From NCBI GenBank assembly GCA_964467225.1, contig CAYXPQ010000003.1, positions 4,276 to 68,275 of the forward strand: a stretch of DNA of 64,000 nucleotides, written 5' to 3'. The notes beneath the pieces were generated by a model, which saw only the letters and a program-made list of their open reading frames with translations, was not told where the DNA came from and did no database searches. Shown here one piece after another: positions 20,629-29,414 of the stretch. Position numbers and translations under genes: made by a program. This DNA is from an uncultured Candidatus Saccharibacteria bacterium. Its GTDB lineage: Bacteria > Patescibacteriota > Minisyncoccia > Phycocordibacterales > PALSA-1337. The stretch's first letter is position 1, and each line of letters opens with the position of its first letter.

Positions 20629-21486
20629 ATGTCAAAGGACTATTACAAAATACTAGGAGTAGAAAAGGGGGCTTCAAAAGACGAAATAAAGAGGGCTTTC
20701 CGAAAGCTGGCTCATGAACATCATCCTGACAAAAATAATGGCCAGGACGCCAAATTTAAGGAAATAAATGAGGCCTATACTGTTCTGTCAGATGATACCA
20801 AGAGACAGCAATATGACACATTTGGTTCTGCGGGACCATCTGGTTTTAATCCGGGACAAGGTGGTGGATTCGGAGGATTTGATTTCTCTGGATTTGCAAG
20901 ACAGTATCAGGGACAGAATGGTCAGGCATTCGAATTTGATCTTGGAGATATATTCGGTGAATTTTTCGGTGGAGGCAAAAGAGTTAAAAAAGGCAAGAAC
21001 ATTAACGTTGATGTTCAACTTACATTCAAAGAATCTATTTTCGGTTTAGAAAAGGAGATAATAGTTAATAAAGAGAAATTAGCAGTTAAGATTCCTCCAG
21101 GAATTGAGAATGGTCAAGGACTGAGGGTTCCAGGAAGAGGTGAAGACGGCCCAGGAGGAAAGGGAGATCTCATAGTGCGTGTTTGGGTTGCTGATCATCC
21201 AGTTTTCAGAAAAGAGGGATATAACTTGATAATGGAATTAGATTTAAAATTAACAACAGCATTACTCGGTGCAAATATCGATATTGAGACATTAGATGGA
21301 AAAATAGAAATTAAAATTCCACAAGGAACAACACACAATGAAATTCTAAGAATTAGACAAAAGGGAGTGCCAGATGAGAGAGGAAGAAGAGGAGATATAT
21401 TAATAGTAACGAAAGTAAATATGCCAAAGAAGCTCTCTAAGAATGCTCAAAAAATAATCGAAGAGCTAAAAAAGGAGGGGATATAA
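20629..21486 (+). CDS. dnaJ: DnaJ-family co-chaperone lacking zinc-finger domain (CbpA-like)
   Basis: J-domain MSKDYYKILGV...HPDKN, Gly/Phe-rich linker, C-terminal substrate-binding domains, no CxxCxGxG repeats; upstream in-frame ATG at 20578 would add a hydrophobic 17-aa extension. Confidence 0.8.
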   Translation: MSKDYYKILGVEKGASKDEIKRAFRKLAHEHHPDKNNGQDAKFKEINEAYTVLSDDTKRQQYDTFGSAGPSGFNPGQGGGFGGFDFSGFARQYQGQNGQAFEFDLGDIFGEFFGGGKRVKKGKNINVDVQLTFKESIFGLEKEIIVNKEKLAVKIPPGIENGQGLRVPGRGEDGPGGKGDLIVRVWVADHPVFRKEGYNLIMELDLKLTTALLGANIDIETLDGKIEIKIPQGTTHNEILRIRQKGVPDERGRRGDILIVTKVNMPKKLSKNAQKIIEELKKEGI

Positions 21487-21491
21487 AAGAA

Positions 21492-21540
21492 GACGGTGAC
21501 CATAACTGAAATGGCCACCGTTCTTTGATTTTTGCGGTTT
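21492..21540 (+). terminator. intrinsic terminator after dnaJ
   Basis: GACGGTGACCAT-aactgaa-ATGGCCACCGTT then TTCTTTGATTTTTGCGGTTTT. Confidence 0.7.
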
Positions 21541-21543
21541 TGT

Positions 21544-21813
21544 TTACCGCAGATGCCTATTGAGGCGCTCGATCCTCCTCGGCGGCTTTCGCCCCAAACA
21601 TTCAGCGCTGGTCAACTTGACCCGTGAAATCGCCTCGTTGACTACAGACTGAATTTGGGCTCGTGGCATGTTTACCACATCAACAAGCTCAGTGATAAAT
21701 CCGATTTCTGTATCTCCGTCAAGGAGTAACTTCAACTCCTCGAGATCCCCACTTCCGGTTACATTGTCACGTTGGGCCTGATCAATCAGGCATGCTGCTT
21801 CTTGGATGTTCAT
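21544..21813 (-). CDS. hypothetical small protein (89 aa), GC-rich
   Basis: ATG verified; minus-strand TTGACA-16-TATGAT promoter ending ~12 nt before ATG. Confidence 0.4.
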   Translation of the reverse strand: MNIQEAACLIDQAQRDNVTGSGDLEELKLLLDGDTEIGFITELVDVVNMPRAQIQSVVNEAISRVKLTSAECLGRKPPRRIERLNRHLR

Positions 21814-21899
21814 ATAGCCGAATACATCATATCATATATATACTATATGTCAAGTATAAAATATTATGAATTAGTAAACAATTTTGTTATTATGTAGCA

Positions 21900-22892
21900 A
21901 TGAAAAAAACATTGCTTTCAGGAATTAAACCCACTGGTCGTCCTCATATAGGTAATTATTTTGGCGCCATGGCACAATGGATAGAATTGCAATCACAATT
22001 CAATTGCCATTTCATGATCGCAGATTATCATGCTTTGAATTTAATTCAAGATAAGGAGGAGATGAAGTCTAATATTAATAATTTAGTTTTGGATTATTTG
22101 GCGATCGGATTAGATCCTGAGAAATCTGTCATTTTTAAGCAGTCGGATATTTATGCTCACACAGAACTGACATGGATATTTGATTCAATTATAGATATAC
22201 CTTATTTAGCAAGGGGACATGCATTTAAAGCAGAAGTAGAAAAAATGAATGATGCTACTCCGTCACAAAGGTCTCTTAGTTCTAAGATGGAACAATTAAC
22301 AGGGGTTAGTGTGGGATTATTCAATTATCCCGTATTAATGGCAGCTGATATCCTTTTGTATGATGCAGATATAGTACCTGTTGGACAGGATCAAAGACAG
22401 CATGTTGAGTATACAAGAGGTATTGGACAAAAATTTAATAGTATTTTTGGAGATACTTTTAAACTTCCAGATTCATACATAATGGATGCTGTTGCAGTGG
22501 TTCCAGGAACAGATGGAAAAAAGATGAGTAAGAGCTATGGAAACACTATTCCATTATTTGCAAGTAGAGAAGAAATTACAAAAGCAGTAATGAGTATAGT
22601 TACAGATTCAGGTTCAGATATTCCAGTTAATGTGTATAATATCCACAAGTTGGTCAGATCTGAAGAGGATTTAAAGGGAATCTATGATGAAAACAAGGGT
22701 AAATATAAAATCTTGAAAGAGAAATTAATAGAAGACCTTGACGCATTTATAAAACCACTTCGTGAAAAAAGAGAGGAATTATCAAAAAATAGTAATATAA
22801 TAAAAGAGGTTTTGGAGAAGGGAGCACTTAGGGCAAAGGAGAAGGCAGATGCCAAACTTTTGACTATCAAGAAAAATATTGGTGTATTGTAA
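21900..22892 (+). CDS. trpS: tryptophanyl-tRNA synthetase
   Basis: Class I HIGN (TGRPHIGNY) and KMSKS; size 330 aa typical of TrpRS. Confidence 0.9.
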   Translation: MKKTLLSGIKPTGRPHIGNYFGAMAQWIELQSQFNCHFMIADYHALNLIQDKEEMKSNINNLVLDYLAIGLDPEKSVIFKQSDIYAHTELTWIFDSIIDIPYLARGHAFKAEVEKMNDATPSQRSLSSKMEQLTGVSVGLFNYPVLMAADILLYDADIVPVGQDQRQHVEYTRGIGQKFNSIFGDTFKLPDSYIMDAVAVVPGTDGKKMSKSYGNTIPLFASREEITKAVMSIVTDSGSDIPVNVYNIHKLVRSEEDLKGIYDENKGKYKILKEKLIEDLDAFIKPLREKREELSKNSNIIKEVLEKGALRAKEKADAKLLTIKKNIGVL

Positions 22893-22978
22893 ATCTTCAT
22901 TAAATCTTAATAACTTCTTAAGCTTTTCTTAATACCTTGTTTTCTATACTTATTTCATTATTAAGTTAAAAAATAATT

Positions 22979-23221
22979 ATGGAAAATAATAATGAACAGT
23001 ATTCATTTGTATTGGGAGCTTTAGCAAGAATAGACAAGAAAGTAGACATTATGAGTCAAAGTTTACAAGAAGTTAAGATTGACCTTATACATGTTAAAGA
23101 AGATATAGATGAGGCAAGAGCAGATATTTCAGAATTAAAGCAATACAACAGTCTTGCAATACTTAAACACATTGACGAGGATGAAGAATTCAGAGAATTT
23201 GAAGAAGAACTAGAAAGATAA
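22979..23221 (+). CDS. hypothetical acidic coiled-coil protein (80 aa)
   Basis: ORF only; no family recognised. Confidence 0.35.
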   Translation: MENNNEQYSFVLGALARIDKKVDIMSQSLQEVKIDLIHVKEDIDEARADISELKQYNSLAILKHIDEDEEFREFEEELER

Positions 23222-23254
23222 GGACTATAGCGAGAAATAAGCTTTTTTGCTATT

Positions 23255-24592
23255 ATGTCGATTATGCAAAGAACTTATATAAAAGATCTAAAAGATCATT
23301 TGGGCAAAGAAGTTAGTATTTCTGGTTGGGTTGATATTCGTCGGGATCAGGGGAAATTAATTTTCCTTGATTTTCGCGATGTTACCGGAAGAATACAAGG
23401 TGTTATTTTGCCTAATGCAAAAGACGCTCATGAAGTAGGGGTGAAGCTTAGATCAGAATGGGTAGTTAAGGTTACAGGTAAAGTTAATGCGAGACCAGAG
23501 AGAAATATTCAAAAGGATAAATTAAACGGGGATATTGAGTTAGAAATATTAAGTATTGAAATACTGAGCGCTGCAAAGGACCTTCCATTCGACAAAGATG
23601 CAGATATAAATATAGATACGCATCTAGATAATTTACCTTTAACTCTTAGAAGGGCAAAGTACACAGCAGTATTCAAGGTGCAAGCCGAAATTGTTAGAAA
23701 TTTCAGAGAATTCTTTAATAAGGAAAATTTCGTTGAATTTCAGGCACCGAAATTAATAGGTGATGATGCAGAGGGAGGTGCAAATTCTTTTGATGTTACC
23801 TATTTCAAACACATAGCTCACTTAGCTCAAAGTCCACAATTGTATAAGCAAATTATGGTTGGTGTTTTTGAAAAGGTATTTTCTATTGGAAATGTTTATA
23901 GGGCGGAAAAGCATAGCACAACTAGACATCTAAATGAATATACAAGCATGGATATTGAGATGGCTTTCATTAAGGATCATTTAGATGTTATGAATATGGA
24001 GAACAAATGGTTGGTATATTTAATGAATGAACTATCAAGTAAATATTCAGAAGAATTTAAACTATGGAATGCTACACTACCAGTAGTTCCTGTTGAAATA
24101 CCGAAGTTAACATTACGAGAGGCTCAGGCATTAATTACAAAAGAGACAGGTAAGGATTGTACGAATGAACCAGACCTAGAACCAGAACATGAAAGATGGT
24201 TGTGTGATTATGCAAAGAAAGAATACAATTCAGATTTCATTTTTGTAACTAATTTCCCAACAGCTAAGCGCCCATTCTATACCTATAGAGATGAGAAGGA
24301 CCCTACTTACACGAAAGGTTTTGATCTATTATTTAGAGGTGTTGAAATAACAACAGGAGCTCAAAGAATTCACAACTATGATGATCTGGTCTCATCTATG
24401 AAGGAAAAGAAACTTAATCCAGATAAGTTTAGTTATTATCTACAAGCGTTCAGAAGTGGTATGCCACCTCATGGAGGATTTGGATTTGGTCTAGAAAGAC
24501 TAACAGCAAAACTATTTGGTATTGAAAATGTTAAGGAGGCAACATTGTTCCCAAGAGATATAAATAGAATTGATAATCTTCTATCTAAGTAA
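23255..24592 (+). CDS. aspS: aspartyl-tRNA synthetase, archaeal/eukaryal type (class IIb, likely non-discriminating)
   Basis: AQSPQLYKQIM, RAEKHSTTRHLNE, FRSGMPPHGGFGFGLERL, TLFPRD: near-identical to archaeal-type AspRS motifs; 445 aa. Confidence 0.85.
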   Translation: MSIMQRTYIKDLKDHLGKEVSISGWVDIRRDQGKLIFLDFRDVTGRIQGVILPNAKDAHEVGVKLRSEWVVKVTGKVNARPERNIQKDKLNGDIELEILSIEILSAAKDLPFDKDADINIDTHLDNLPLTLRRAKYTAVFKVQAEIVRNFREFFNKENFVEFQAPKLIGDDAEGGANSFDVTYFKHIAHLAQSPQLYKQIMVGVFEKVFSIGNVYRAEKHSTTRHLNEYTSMDIEMAFIKDHLDVMNMENKWLVYLMNELSSKYSEEFKLWNATLPVVPVEIPKLTLREAQALITKETGKDCTNEPDLEPEHERWLCDYAKKEYNSDFIFVTNFPTAKRPFYTYRDEKDPTYTKGFDLLFRGVEITTGAQRIHNYDDLVSSMKEKKLNPDKFSYYLQAFRSGMPPHGGFGFGLERLTAKLFGIENVKEATLFPRDINRIDNLLSK

Positions 24593-24643
24593 TTCAATCT
24601 AATTAGATTTATAAACAAAGGTAAATCATCCGCTTCTTTTTCT

Positions 24644-24716
24644 GTGGGCCTGCCGATGGCTCGGAATCTTCGGGTTGCCACCTAGGATTGCGGGTTCGAT
24701 CCCCGTCAGGTCCACA
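24644..24716 (+). ncRNA. tRNA-like element: 9-bp acceptor helix + canonical T-arm (GCGGG-TTCGATC-CCCGT) but two tetraloop hairpins in place of D and anticodon arms
   Basis: GTGGGCCTG pairs CAGGTCCAC; internal CCGA-TGGC-TCGG and AATCTTCGGGT-TGCC-ACCTAGGATT hairpins; no 7-nt anticodon loop. Confidence 0.4.
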
Positions 24717-24819
24717 AAAAAGGAAGTGGTAATAATTTGCTTTTACATATCTAAGTGTGATAATATAATGCAACGGTGGCAATCCGAGGAAATCATAACT
24801 ATCGGTAATCCGCAAAACT

Positions 24820-24846
24820 GACGCTCTGGCGTCTTTTTTGTTTTTA
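24820..24846 (+). terminator. intrinsic terminator ending the aspS/tRNA-like transcript
   Basis: GACGCTC-TGGCGTC followed by TTTTTTGTTTTT. Confidence 0.7.
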
Positions 24847-24893
24847 AAATAAAAAAAACAAAGCCACCATCAATTCCTCTTATTGTGGTGGCT
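24846..24893 (-). terminator. intrinsic terminator for minus-strand gene 24915-25166
   Basis: AAGCCACCA-15nt-TGGTGGCTT preceded on + strand by A-tract (U-tract on minus strand). Confidence 0.65.
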
Positions 24894-24914
24894 TATAGTC
24901 TTGCTATGTTTGGG

Positions 24915-25166
24915 CTAAAAGAGCTTCATACCTTCTCCACTCATGATCTCTTTTACATCACATCTCTCGATGGACACCTCCTGCTCATTAACCGTAATTG
25001 ACACCTGTTCAGATGTTGCGGTAAAACTACCGTGGCTAACATAGATTACCCCTTTGTCAGCCTCGATCGATTCCGCAAGGGTATCGGTGTAGCTTGTGTC
25101 AACCAGTTGAACTGAGAATGAACCAGTATAATTTGCGAGAATCTCGAGCCCATGTGTTGTACTCAT
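24915..25166 (-). CDS. hypothetical protein (83 aa)
   Basis: ATG at 25166 preceded by GGAGGA Shine-Dalgarno; track start 25184 is TTG. Confidence 0.45.
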   Translation of the reverse strand: MSTTHGLEILANYTGSFSVQLVDTSYTDTLAESIEADKGVIYVSHGSFTATSEQVSITVNEQEVSIERCDVKEIMSGEGMKLF

Positions 25167-25291
25167 AGTTTGATTATCCTCCAATACAAATATATCACTT
25201 TTATACAGATAATCAATGTTTATTGGTTAATCAATTATGATATTCTCCTGAGCGCTTACAAACGCCATGCATTTTCTGTTACAATATATTA

Positions 25292-26026
25292 ATGACTGAC
25301 CAATTCAAAATCAAAACTCAAGTCTTTGAGGGACCATTGGATTTACTGCTCATATTAGTTGAGAAAAGGAAATTATTTATTAATGATATAGCGTTATCTC
25401 AAGTTACTGATGATTTTATTGCTCACATTCAGAATTTTGAGAAATTACCAATGGGTGATTCTGCGCATTTTATTTTAATAGCTTCTACTTTACTTCTTAT
25501 AAAATCGAAGTCTTTATTACCTGCTCTTACACTAACTGAAGAAGAAGAGGAGGGAATTCATGATCTTGAAACTAGATTAAAAATATTTAAAAGAATAAAA
25601 GAAGCTAGTGTGAATGTTTCAAATCTGTTTGGTAAGGAAATAATATTTGAGCAATCACAGCAGAGACCTTCTGTTCCAGTATTTTCCCCTCATGAATCTA
25701 TGAATTTGCTTTCTCTGGCACAAGCAATAAAAGATATAATTAAATCTCTACCTAAGAAGGAAGATATTCCAAAAGCAGTAGTCAAAAAAGTTATAAGTTT
25801 AGAAGAAATGATAGACAACTTAACAAAAAGAATTACTCATGGTCTCAAAATGAAGTTCAGCGAATTTTCTGGTTCTACCAATAAAGCAGAGAAAGTAAAT
25901 GTAATTGTCAGTTTTTTGGCAATGTTAGAATTAGTTAAGCAAGGAGTCATACATGTGAGTCAGGAAAAAAATTTTGCTGATATTCACATGGAAAGCAAAG
26001 AAATAGGAGTTCCGAGGTATAATTAA
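25292..26026 (+). CDS. scpA: segregation and condensation protein A
   Basis: FEGPLDLLLILV N-terminal kleisin motif; followed by scpB. Confidence 0.85.
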   Translation: MTDQFKIKTQVFEGPLDLLLILVEKRKLFINDIALSQVTDDFIAHIQNFEKLPMGDSAHFILIASTLLLIKSKSLLPALTLTEEEEEGIHDLETRLKIFKRIKEASVNVSNLFGKEIIFEQSQQRPSVPVFSPHESMNLLSLAQAIKDIIKSLPKKEDIPKAVVKKVISLEEMIDNLTKRITHGLKMKFSEFSGSTNKAEKVNVIVSFLAMLELVKQGVIHVSQEKNFADIHMESKEIGVPRYN

Positions 26027-26034
26027 AAAATATT

Positions 26035-26583
26035 ATGCAATTAAATTTAGAATCACAAATCGAAGCAGTGTTATTTTGGAAAGCTGAGCCAATTTCACTA
26101 AAAAAGCTAGCTAATATTCTCAAAAGAACAGAAGAAGAAATCAAATTAGGCATTGCAGAATTAAGGAAAGCATTAAAAAATCGAGGAATAACAATTATAG
26201 AAAATGGTGAAGAAATAGCTTTAGGTACTAATAAGCTCGCTTCAGGATTGATTGAGACTCTCACTAAAGAAGAACTTACCAAAGATCTTGGTAAAGCTGG
26301 ATTAGAGACTTTATCTATAATAATTTATCAAGGTCCAATATCAAGACCAGAGATAGACTATATTAGAGGTGTCAATTCACAATTTATAATTAGAAATTTA
26401 CTCGTTCGGGGGTTAATACAAAAAGTTGATAATCCAAAAGATCAAAGAAGTTTCCTCTATAAGCCTACTCTCGAGCTTTTATCTTATCTCGGATTATCTA
26501 AAATTGACGATATGCCTGAATTTGAATCAGTAAAAAAGGATATTGATAGCTTCAAACAGAATATTGATGAACAAAAATCATAA
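26035..26583 (+). CDS. scpB: segregation and condensation protein B
   Basis: Tandem winged-helix; LETLSIIIYQGPISRPEIDYIRGV typical ScpB. Confidence 0.85.
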   Translation: MQLNLESQIEAVLFWKAEPISLKKLANILKRTEEEIKLGIAELRKALKNRGITIIENGEEIALGTNKLASGLIETLTKEELTKDLGKAGLETLSIIIYQGPISRPEIDYIRGVNSQFIIRNLLVRGLIQKVDNPKDQRSFLYKPTLELLSYLGLSKIDDMPEFESVKKDIDSFKQNIDEQKS

Positions 26584-27664
26584 AATAGATCGAATATTTC
26601 TTATTTCTGTGACACTACTGACTGGTATTGGATTTTTGATTTTTATTTCTGCGTCACTTGGATTACTTTTAAAAAATGAATCTGCCTACAGTCTTGTAGC
26701 AATAAAGCAATTTGTTGGTCTTGTCATAGGCTGTGTGGCGTTCTTTGTTATGTCTAGAATAAATTATAAGAATTTAAAAAGATATTCATTTTATATTTTG
26801 ATTTCTGCTATTGCTGTAAATCTTTTATTATTTATACCTTTTATAACTTTGCATCATGGTGGAGCAACTAGGTGGATTGATTTGGGATTCATTACATTTC
26901 AGCCTTCAGAATTTCTCAAAATAGCTTTTATTATTTATTTCTCAGCATGGTTATCTACAATGAAGTATAAAATTGGCGATTTTAAATCTGGAATTTTGCC
27001 ATATTTGGTTATTGTTAGTATTTTGGGTTTAATATTATTAACCCAATCTGATACAGATACATTAGTAGTTATAGCGGGAACGGGTATAATAATGCTTTTT
27101 ATTTCAGGAACAAAGATTAGAGATTTAATTCTACTATCTTTGGTATTACTTGTCTCTATTTCAGCTATAATCTATCTTAGACCATACGCCAAACAGAGAT
27201 TTATGACTTTTCTTAACTCCTCTAACGATCCACAAGGTGCCGGTTATCAAATACAGCAATCATTGATTGCAATTGGTTCAGGAGGATTCACTGGAAGAGG
27301 ATTCGGTCAAAGTATACAGAAATTTAGTTATTTACCGGAGCCAATGGGTGATTCAGTTTTTGCTGTTGGAGCGGAAGAGTTCGGATTTATTGGTAGTGTA
27401 GGCTTAATATTTTTGTATTTATTTTTTCTTTTTAAATCTCTCAGGATTTCTGCTAGATCTCCTGATGATTTCAGTGGACTTCTGGTCGCGGGAATTGCTA
27501 TACTTATAATCATAGAGTCATTTATGAATATTTCATCAATGATGGGAATTATTCCACTTTCGGGCATGCCTCTACTTTTTGTAAGCCATGGGGGAACAGC
27601 GTTGATAATTGCTTTGGCAGCTGCAGGAATAATTGCAAATGTGTCCAAATATCAAAGAACTTAA
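26567..27664 (+). CDS. ftsW: SEDS-family peptidoglycan glycosyltransferase FtsW/RodA
   Basis: 10 TM polytopic protein immediately upstream of murG; track start 26543 is TTG, ATG at 26567. Confidence 0.8.
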   Translation: MNKNHKIDRIFLISVTLLTGIGFLIFISASLGLLLKNESAYSLVAIKQFVGLVIGCVAFFVMSRINYKNLKRYSFYILISAIAVNLLLFIPFITLHHGGATRWIDLGFITFQPSEFLKIAFIIYFSAWLSTMKYKIGDFKSGILPYLVIVSILGLILLTQSDTDTLVVIAGTGIIMLFISGTKIRDLILLSLVLLVSISAIIYLRPYAKQRFMTFLNSSNDPQGAGYQIQQSLIAIGSGGFTGRGFGQSIQKFSYLPEPMGDSVFAVGAEEFGFIGSVGLIFLYLFFLFKSLRISARSPDDFSGLLVAGIAILIIIESFMNISSMMGIIPLSGMPLLFVSHGGTALIIALAAAGIIANVSKYQRT

Positions 27665-27669
27665 ATAAA

Positions 27670-28794
27670 ATGAAAATACTATTTACAGGAGGTGGTACTG
27701 GAGGTCATTTCTATCCGGTTATAGCCATTGCACAGGCATTATATGAAAACGCTAAGAATAACAAGGTATTACCCCCGCTTCTATATTTCATGGCGCCTTC
27801 TCAATACAATCCTCGTGCTTTGTTTGATAATGACATTGAATTCATTCAAGTCCCAGCAGGAAAGATTAGAAGATATTTTTCATTTTTAAATTTTACTGAT
27901 GTATTTAAGACTTTTTATGGAGTCATTATCGCAATTATAAGAATGTATCAAATATATCCAGATGTTGTTGTGGGTAAAGGTGGGTATGCAAGTTTCCCAC
28001 CTTTATTCGCAGCTAGGATATTAAGGATTCCTGTTATAATTCATGAATCAGACAGTGCTCCTGGAAAAGTAAATGCTTGGGCTGGAAAATTTGCTCAAAA
28101 AATAGCAGTATCATATCCAGAAGCAAGTAAGTATTTTAAAAATGATAAAGTAGCATTTACTGGTAATCCTATTAGGAAGGAAATAATTAATCCTCTAAGT
28201 AATGGTGCAAAGGAGTTTTTGAAACTAGAAGAAATTACTCCAACTATTTTTATAATTGGTGGATCACAGGGCGCTCAAAATATTAACGATACTGTAATAG
28301 AAAGTCTCCCCGAGCTTGTACAAAAATATCAAATTATTCATCAGACAGGAAGGAAAAATTTTGAAATAGTAACCAAAACCGCAGAAGTGGTTCTTGGAGA
28401 TAGTAAATATTCCCATAGATATCATCCGTATGATTACCTAAATGATTTATCACTAAGAATGGCAGCTGGTGCTAGTGATTTGGTCGTATCTAGAGCAGGA
28501 TCAACTATTTTTGAGATTGCCTCATGGGGATTACCATCAATTATAATCCCATTGCCTCGAAATATTAGCCATGATCAAGTTAATAACGCTTTCTCCTATG
28601 CACATTCAGGCGCTTGCGTAGTAATGGAGGAACAGAACTTAAGTTCACATATTTTTATCTCAGAAATTGATAGAATAATCAATAATCAGACAATAAAAGA
28701 CAAAATGAGGCAAGGAGCAAAGCAATTTAGTCATATTGATGCAGCGAATAAAATAGCTAATGTTATACTTGAAACAGCATTGTCACATGAATAG
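27670..28794 (+). CDS. murG: UDP-GlcNAc:lipid I N-acetylglucosaminyltransferase MurG
   Basis: MKILFTGGGTGGHFYP N-terminus, GT28 fold. Confidence 0.9.
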   Translation: MKILFTGGGTGGHFYPVIAIAQALYENAKNNKVLPPLLYFMAPSQYNPRALFDNDIEFIQVPAGKIRRYFSFLNFTDVFKTFYGVIIAIIRMYQIYPDVVVGKGGYASFPPLFAARILRIPVIIHESDSAPGKVNAWAGKFAQKIAVSYPEASKYFKNDKVAFTGNPIRKEIINPLSNGAKEFLKLEEITPTIFIIGGSQGAQNINDTVIESLPELVQKYQIIHQTGRKNFEIVTKTAEVVLGDSKYSHRYHPYDYLNDLSLRMAAGASDLVVSRAGSTIFEIASWGLPSIIIPLPRNISHDQVNNAFSYAHSGACVVMEEQNLSSHIFISEIDRIINNQTIKDKMRQGAKQFSHIDAANKIANVILETALSHE

Positions 28795-28850
28795 ATAATG
28801 TGCTATAATGGTCTTGTAAGTATAATTTATTAGTCTAAATATTATAAAAT

Positions 28851-29354
28851 ATGGAAGCAACAAATGGTATAAAGATATGGCAATGGATAGTTACAGTTAT
28901 AGTAATTGCTATTCTAGTTTTCCTTGGTTACAAGATGTTCAGTGGTGGTTCAAAAACTAATTCTGATGTTGTAGTTGAAAACATAGATACAACAGATACA
29001 GTTACATCTCTTGATTCAAATAGGGTTGTAGTTCTAGATCAATTTCCAGGTAATATAGTCTATATATCATCTGTACAATTAGCTAAACCAGGTTTTGTTG
29101 CAATTAAAGGAGACAAGAGTGGTGTAGCAGGTGATGTTATAGGATATCAATACTTTGATAAGGGTATTAATCCAGGAAAGATTACTCTTACAAAGTCAAC
29201 AGTAGATGGAGGTATTTATTACGCTCAGTTATATGTTGATGATGGAGATAAAAAATTTGATTCAACAAAGGATTTTCCTATTAAGGATCAATCTGGTAAC
29301 GATATCATGAAGTTGTTTAGGGTTAGCACTAACGTCAGTGAGGTAAAAGGATAG
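28851..29354 (+). CDS. hypothetical membrane-anchored protein (167 aa)
   Basis: N-terminal TM WIVTVIVIAILVFLGY; no family recognised. Confidence 0.5.
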   Translation: MEATNGIKIWQWIVTVIVIAILVFLGYKMFSGGSKTNSDVVVENIDTTDTVTSLDSNRVVVLDQFPGNIVYISSVQLAKPGFVAIKGDKSGVAGDVIGYQYFDKGINPGKITLTKSTVDGGIYYAQLYVDDGDKKFDSTKDFPIKDQSGNDIMKLFRVSTNVSEVKG

Positions 29355-29370
29355 TTCAATTTTACTAAAT

Positions 29371-29396
29371 AAAAACACCCGAAAGGGTGTTTTTAT
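29371..29396 (+). terminator. intrinsic terminator
   Basis: AAAAACACCC-gaaa-GGGTGTTTTTAT. Confidence 0.8.
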
Positions 29397-29414
29397 GTTA
29401 TAATAAAATTTAAT

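Noticed and set aside
24609-24815. Minus-strand 68-aa ORF overlapping the tRNA-like element
   Set aside because: It is antisense to a structured RNA element and its terminator, is Pro/Arg-rich, and has no promoter or RBS. Likely spurious.
24644-24846. Interpretation of the tRNA-like element as a tmRNA (ssrA)
   Set aside because: The 5' acceptor strand and the T-arm/3' acceptor lie within about 70 nt, leaving no room for the pseudoknots and tag-reading frame. The downstream 100 nt encodes no ...LAA-type tag, and the upstream sequence is aspS coding.
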